From NCBI GenBank assembly GCA_017883415.1, contig JADGNR010000066.1, positions 1-18,174 on the forward strand: a stretch of DNA of 18,174 bases, read 5' to 3'. The number at the start of each line of letters is the position of its first letter. Position 1 is the stretch's first letter. The position numbers were made by a program, and so were the translations under genes. The notes beneath the pieces are model-generated. The model was not told where the DNA came from and did no database searches. It was given only the letters and a program-made list of their open reading frames with translations. Positions 16,601-18,174 of the stretch are shown here, in pieces. Source of the stretch: Bryobacteraceae bacterium (GTDB taxonomy: Bacteria; Acidobacteriota; Terriglobia; Bryobacterales; Bryobacteraceae).

Positions 16601-16959
16601 ATGAAATGGCCGGCTCGGGCGGCGACGCCATGCCGTGGCTCTTCCGCAAATCGGGAATCGGCCCGCTGGTCGGAATGCGCACCTGGGGCGGTCTGGTGGG
16701 CCACTATACCGGGCCGGGCGACCTGATCGACGGCGGCAACGTCGGAACGCCCAACCTCGCCTTCTACAATCTCGAAGGCGCCTGGGACGTGGAAAATCAC
16801 GGCGTCTCACCCGACTATGAAGTCGAAATGAGCCCGAAACTTGTACGCGAAGGCCACGATCCTCAACTGGAGAAGGCCGTCGAAGTCGTGATGGAACAGC
16901 TCAAGAAATCGCCCGTGAATTACGGCAAGCGCCCCAGTTATCCGAACTACCAGAAGTAG
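13693..16959 (+). CDS. Tricorn protease homolog (peptidase S41B): N-terminal beta-propeller (TolB-like) domains, PDZ, C-terminal S41 catalytic domain, signal peptide
   Basis: The protein is 1088 aa. The signal peptide is [26 protein letters not shown]. Repeated propeller motifs are present ([48 protein letters not shown]). The C-terminal protease core has the S41 serine region ([34 protein letters not shown]). Confidence 0.9.
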   Translation: [1088 protein letters not shown]

Positions 16960-17028
16960 GAAGGCGGTTGCGGTTCGGTCGCGCCGGGCGGTGTTGCTGG
17001 AATCAACTTATCCGGTCCGGCCCGGAAA

Positions 17029-17991
17029 TTACATGTGCCTCACGGCCGGCCGATGCTCGCTCCGCGACTGATGGGGCGGCTTCACCAGTTGCTGGAGTTG
17101 GTCCTCGGGGAGGCTGAAGGTCACCTTCAGGAGGTTCCCCTGCGTGGTCACGGCCAGCGATTGCACCAGCGCCGCGAGCTGCGGATTCTGCTGCCCGGCT
17201 TGCATCAGCGCCAGGTTCGCCAGCAGCTTCAGGGCATCGCCCATCGTGGTCGCGTCCTGCGCGGTATCGGCCTGCGCCTGCGCGGTCACCACGACGAGCG
17301 CGCCGAGCTTCACGCCGGCGGCGGCCTGCTCGATCTTCCCAAATGCGTTCTGCGCGTTGGGCCCGACGCCGGGGATGCCGGGGGCGCTCAAGGGCGGGTG
17401 CAAGGTGTAGGGCGGCACGGCCGAAATCACCCACGCATCCTGGGCGCTGCTCCACTGGTTCACCTGTACGGCCAGCGCCGTGGGAATGGTCGTGCCTGTG
17501 GTGGGCCGGTCGATGGCGGCCTTGACATTCGCCAGATCGCCCGCGACCACCAGCGTGGTATCGAGAAACGCGAGGCCATGGGTCTTTTTCGGGTCCTCGA
17601 TGATGGTCACGCCGTGATAAATTTCGGTGGCGGCGCCGTGCGCCGAGGCTGCGGCGGTGATTCGCGAGATATCGAAGCTGCCGCGCGCCAGCGCCAGGCC
17701 GTTTTCATGCCGGCTGGCGGCCGTTCCGTTGGAAGCCACCAGTAACTCGTGCACGTCCCGCGTGGGGTCGAAACCGGTCAGCGCGGTCAATTGCTGCACG
17801 TCGTTGGATTGCATCTGCCCCAGCACATATTGGCCAAAGGGTGAAGCCTTGGCCTGATCCACGTTGACTCCGGCAATCACCTTGGCATCGGGCATCACCA
17901 GGGCCACAAGTTGGGAATCGGCGGCCCGGGCGGTGAGCACGCCGGCAAATGCGGTAAGAATGGTCGCGGTAGTTAGGATTCGTGCGTTCAT
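17029..17991 (-). CDS. Secreted/periplasmic protein of unknown function (Sec signal peptide, Ala/Thr/Gln-rich)
   Basis: The protein is 320 aa, with signal peptide MNARILTTATILTAFAGVLTARA/ADS. There are no recognisable catalytic motifs. Codon usage is consistent with the neighbours. The ATG at 17989-17991 has no strong Shine-Dalgarno sequence. The call rests on ORF length, signal peptide and codon bias only. Confidence 0.55.
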   Translation of the reverse strand: MNARILTTATILTAFAGVLTARAADSQLVALVMPDAKVIAGVNVDQAKASPFGQYVLGQMQSNDVQQLTALTGFDPTRDVHELLVASNGTAASRHENGLALARGSFDISRITAAASAHGAATEIYHGVTIIEDPKKTHGLAFLDTTLVVAGDLANVKAAIDRPTTGTTIPTALAVQVNQWSSAQDAWVISAVPPYTLHPPLSAPGIPGVGPNAQNAFGKIEQAAAGVKLGALVVVTAQAQADTAQDATTMGDALKLLANLALMQAGQQNPQLAALVQSLAVTTQGNLLKVTFSLPEDQLQQLVKPPHQSRSEHRPAVRHM

Positions 17992-18060
17992 ATCATTCAG
18001 GACGTTGTGCCTGCTCCCGTATTAACACTAACGCGTTTGGGCCCGGCAAAGTTCCCGGGC

Positions 18061-18174
18061 CGCGCCGGGAGCCCGCGCTGGGGGCCGCGTCCGACCGGGC
18101 TGGGCCGCGCTGGGAGCCCGCGCCGGGGGCCGCGCCGGGGGACCGCGCCGGAAGCCGCGTCCGACCGGGCTGGG
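18061..18174. repeat. GC-rich imperfect tandem repeat array (unit about 12-13 bp, CGCGCYGGGRGCC), containing two identical 21-mers. It is truncated by the window edge.
   Basis: Units are cgcgccgggagcc / cgcgctgggggcc / gcgctgggagcc / cgcgccgggggcc / gcgccgggggacc / gcgccggaagcc. The 21-mer gccgcgtccgaccgggctggg occurs at 18085-18105 and again at 18154-18174. A GGCCCGG-caaagttc-CCGGGCC hairpin at 18039-18060 precedes it. Confidence 0.5.

Noticed and set aside
14638-16800. 720-aa minus-strand ORF antisense to the tricorn protease gene
   Set aside because: It is a shadow ORF. The plus-strand frame carries unmistakable tricorn/S41 motifs and the minus-strand translation is low-complexity.
16960-17028. 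Possible bidirectional terminator between the convergent tricorn and secreted-protein genes
   Set aside because: Only short GC palindromes are present (CCGGGC...GCCCGG with a 32-nt loop, and CCGGTCCGG), with no U-tract on either strand. It is not convincing as an intrinsic terminator.
1-18174. Mobile elements, CRISPR arrays, tRNA/rRNA genes, integrases or transposases
   Set aside because: I scanned for direct repeats with regular spacers, tRNA-like cloverleaf candidates in intergenic regions, and transposase or integrase motifs in all six frames. None were found, so the window looks like core chromosome rather than an island.

Overview
This is an 18.2 kb, very GC-rich bacterial chromosomal segment. 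Long spurious ORFs on every strand are typical of that composition. The gene content suggests an Acidobacteria-like soil bacterium: a tricorn protease, a CadC-type membrane regulator with a periplasmic TPR domain, and a TPR-secretin. That taxonomic call is inference only.

I support 17 protein-coding genes:
- A 3'-truncated RRM/glycine-rich RNA-binding protein at the left edge.
- An MscS mechanosensitive channel.
- An orphan secretin with an N-terminal TPR.
- A minus-strand thiol/sulfur-redox block, with genes in the order ferredoxin, STAS antagonist, CoA-disulfide-reductase/NADH-oxidase-like flavoprotein, thioredoxin-fold redoxin, stand-alone NuoI, CysE.
- A divergently transcribed two-gene module: an SPFH/Band-7 protein with a C-terminal zinc ribbon, then a double-zinc-ribbon membrane-anchored protein.
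- A HAD hydrolase preceded by a small lysine/alanine-rich histone-H1-like protein.
- A CadC/ToxR-like regulator, divergent from a Tat-exported ankyrin-repeat protein and a tricorn protease.
- A signal-peptide protein of unknown function.

Non-coding structure:
- A long perfect hairpin built from GCCGAGA units in the divergent promoter region at 7287-7362.
- Sigma70-like promoters for the SPFH module and the RRM gene.
- A GC-rich tandem repeat array running off the right edge.

I found no rRNA, tRNA, CRISPR array, transposase or integrase. The best candidate for an under-described system is the SPFH plus zinc-ribbon pair at 7420-9540. The second candidate is the redox block with its embedded STAS protein.
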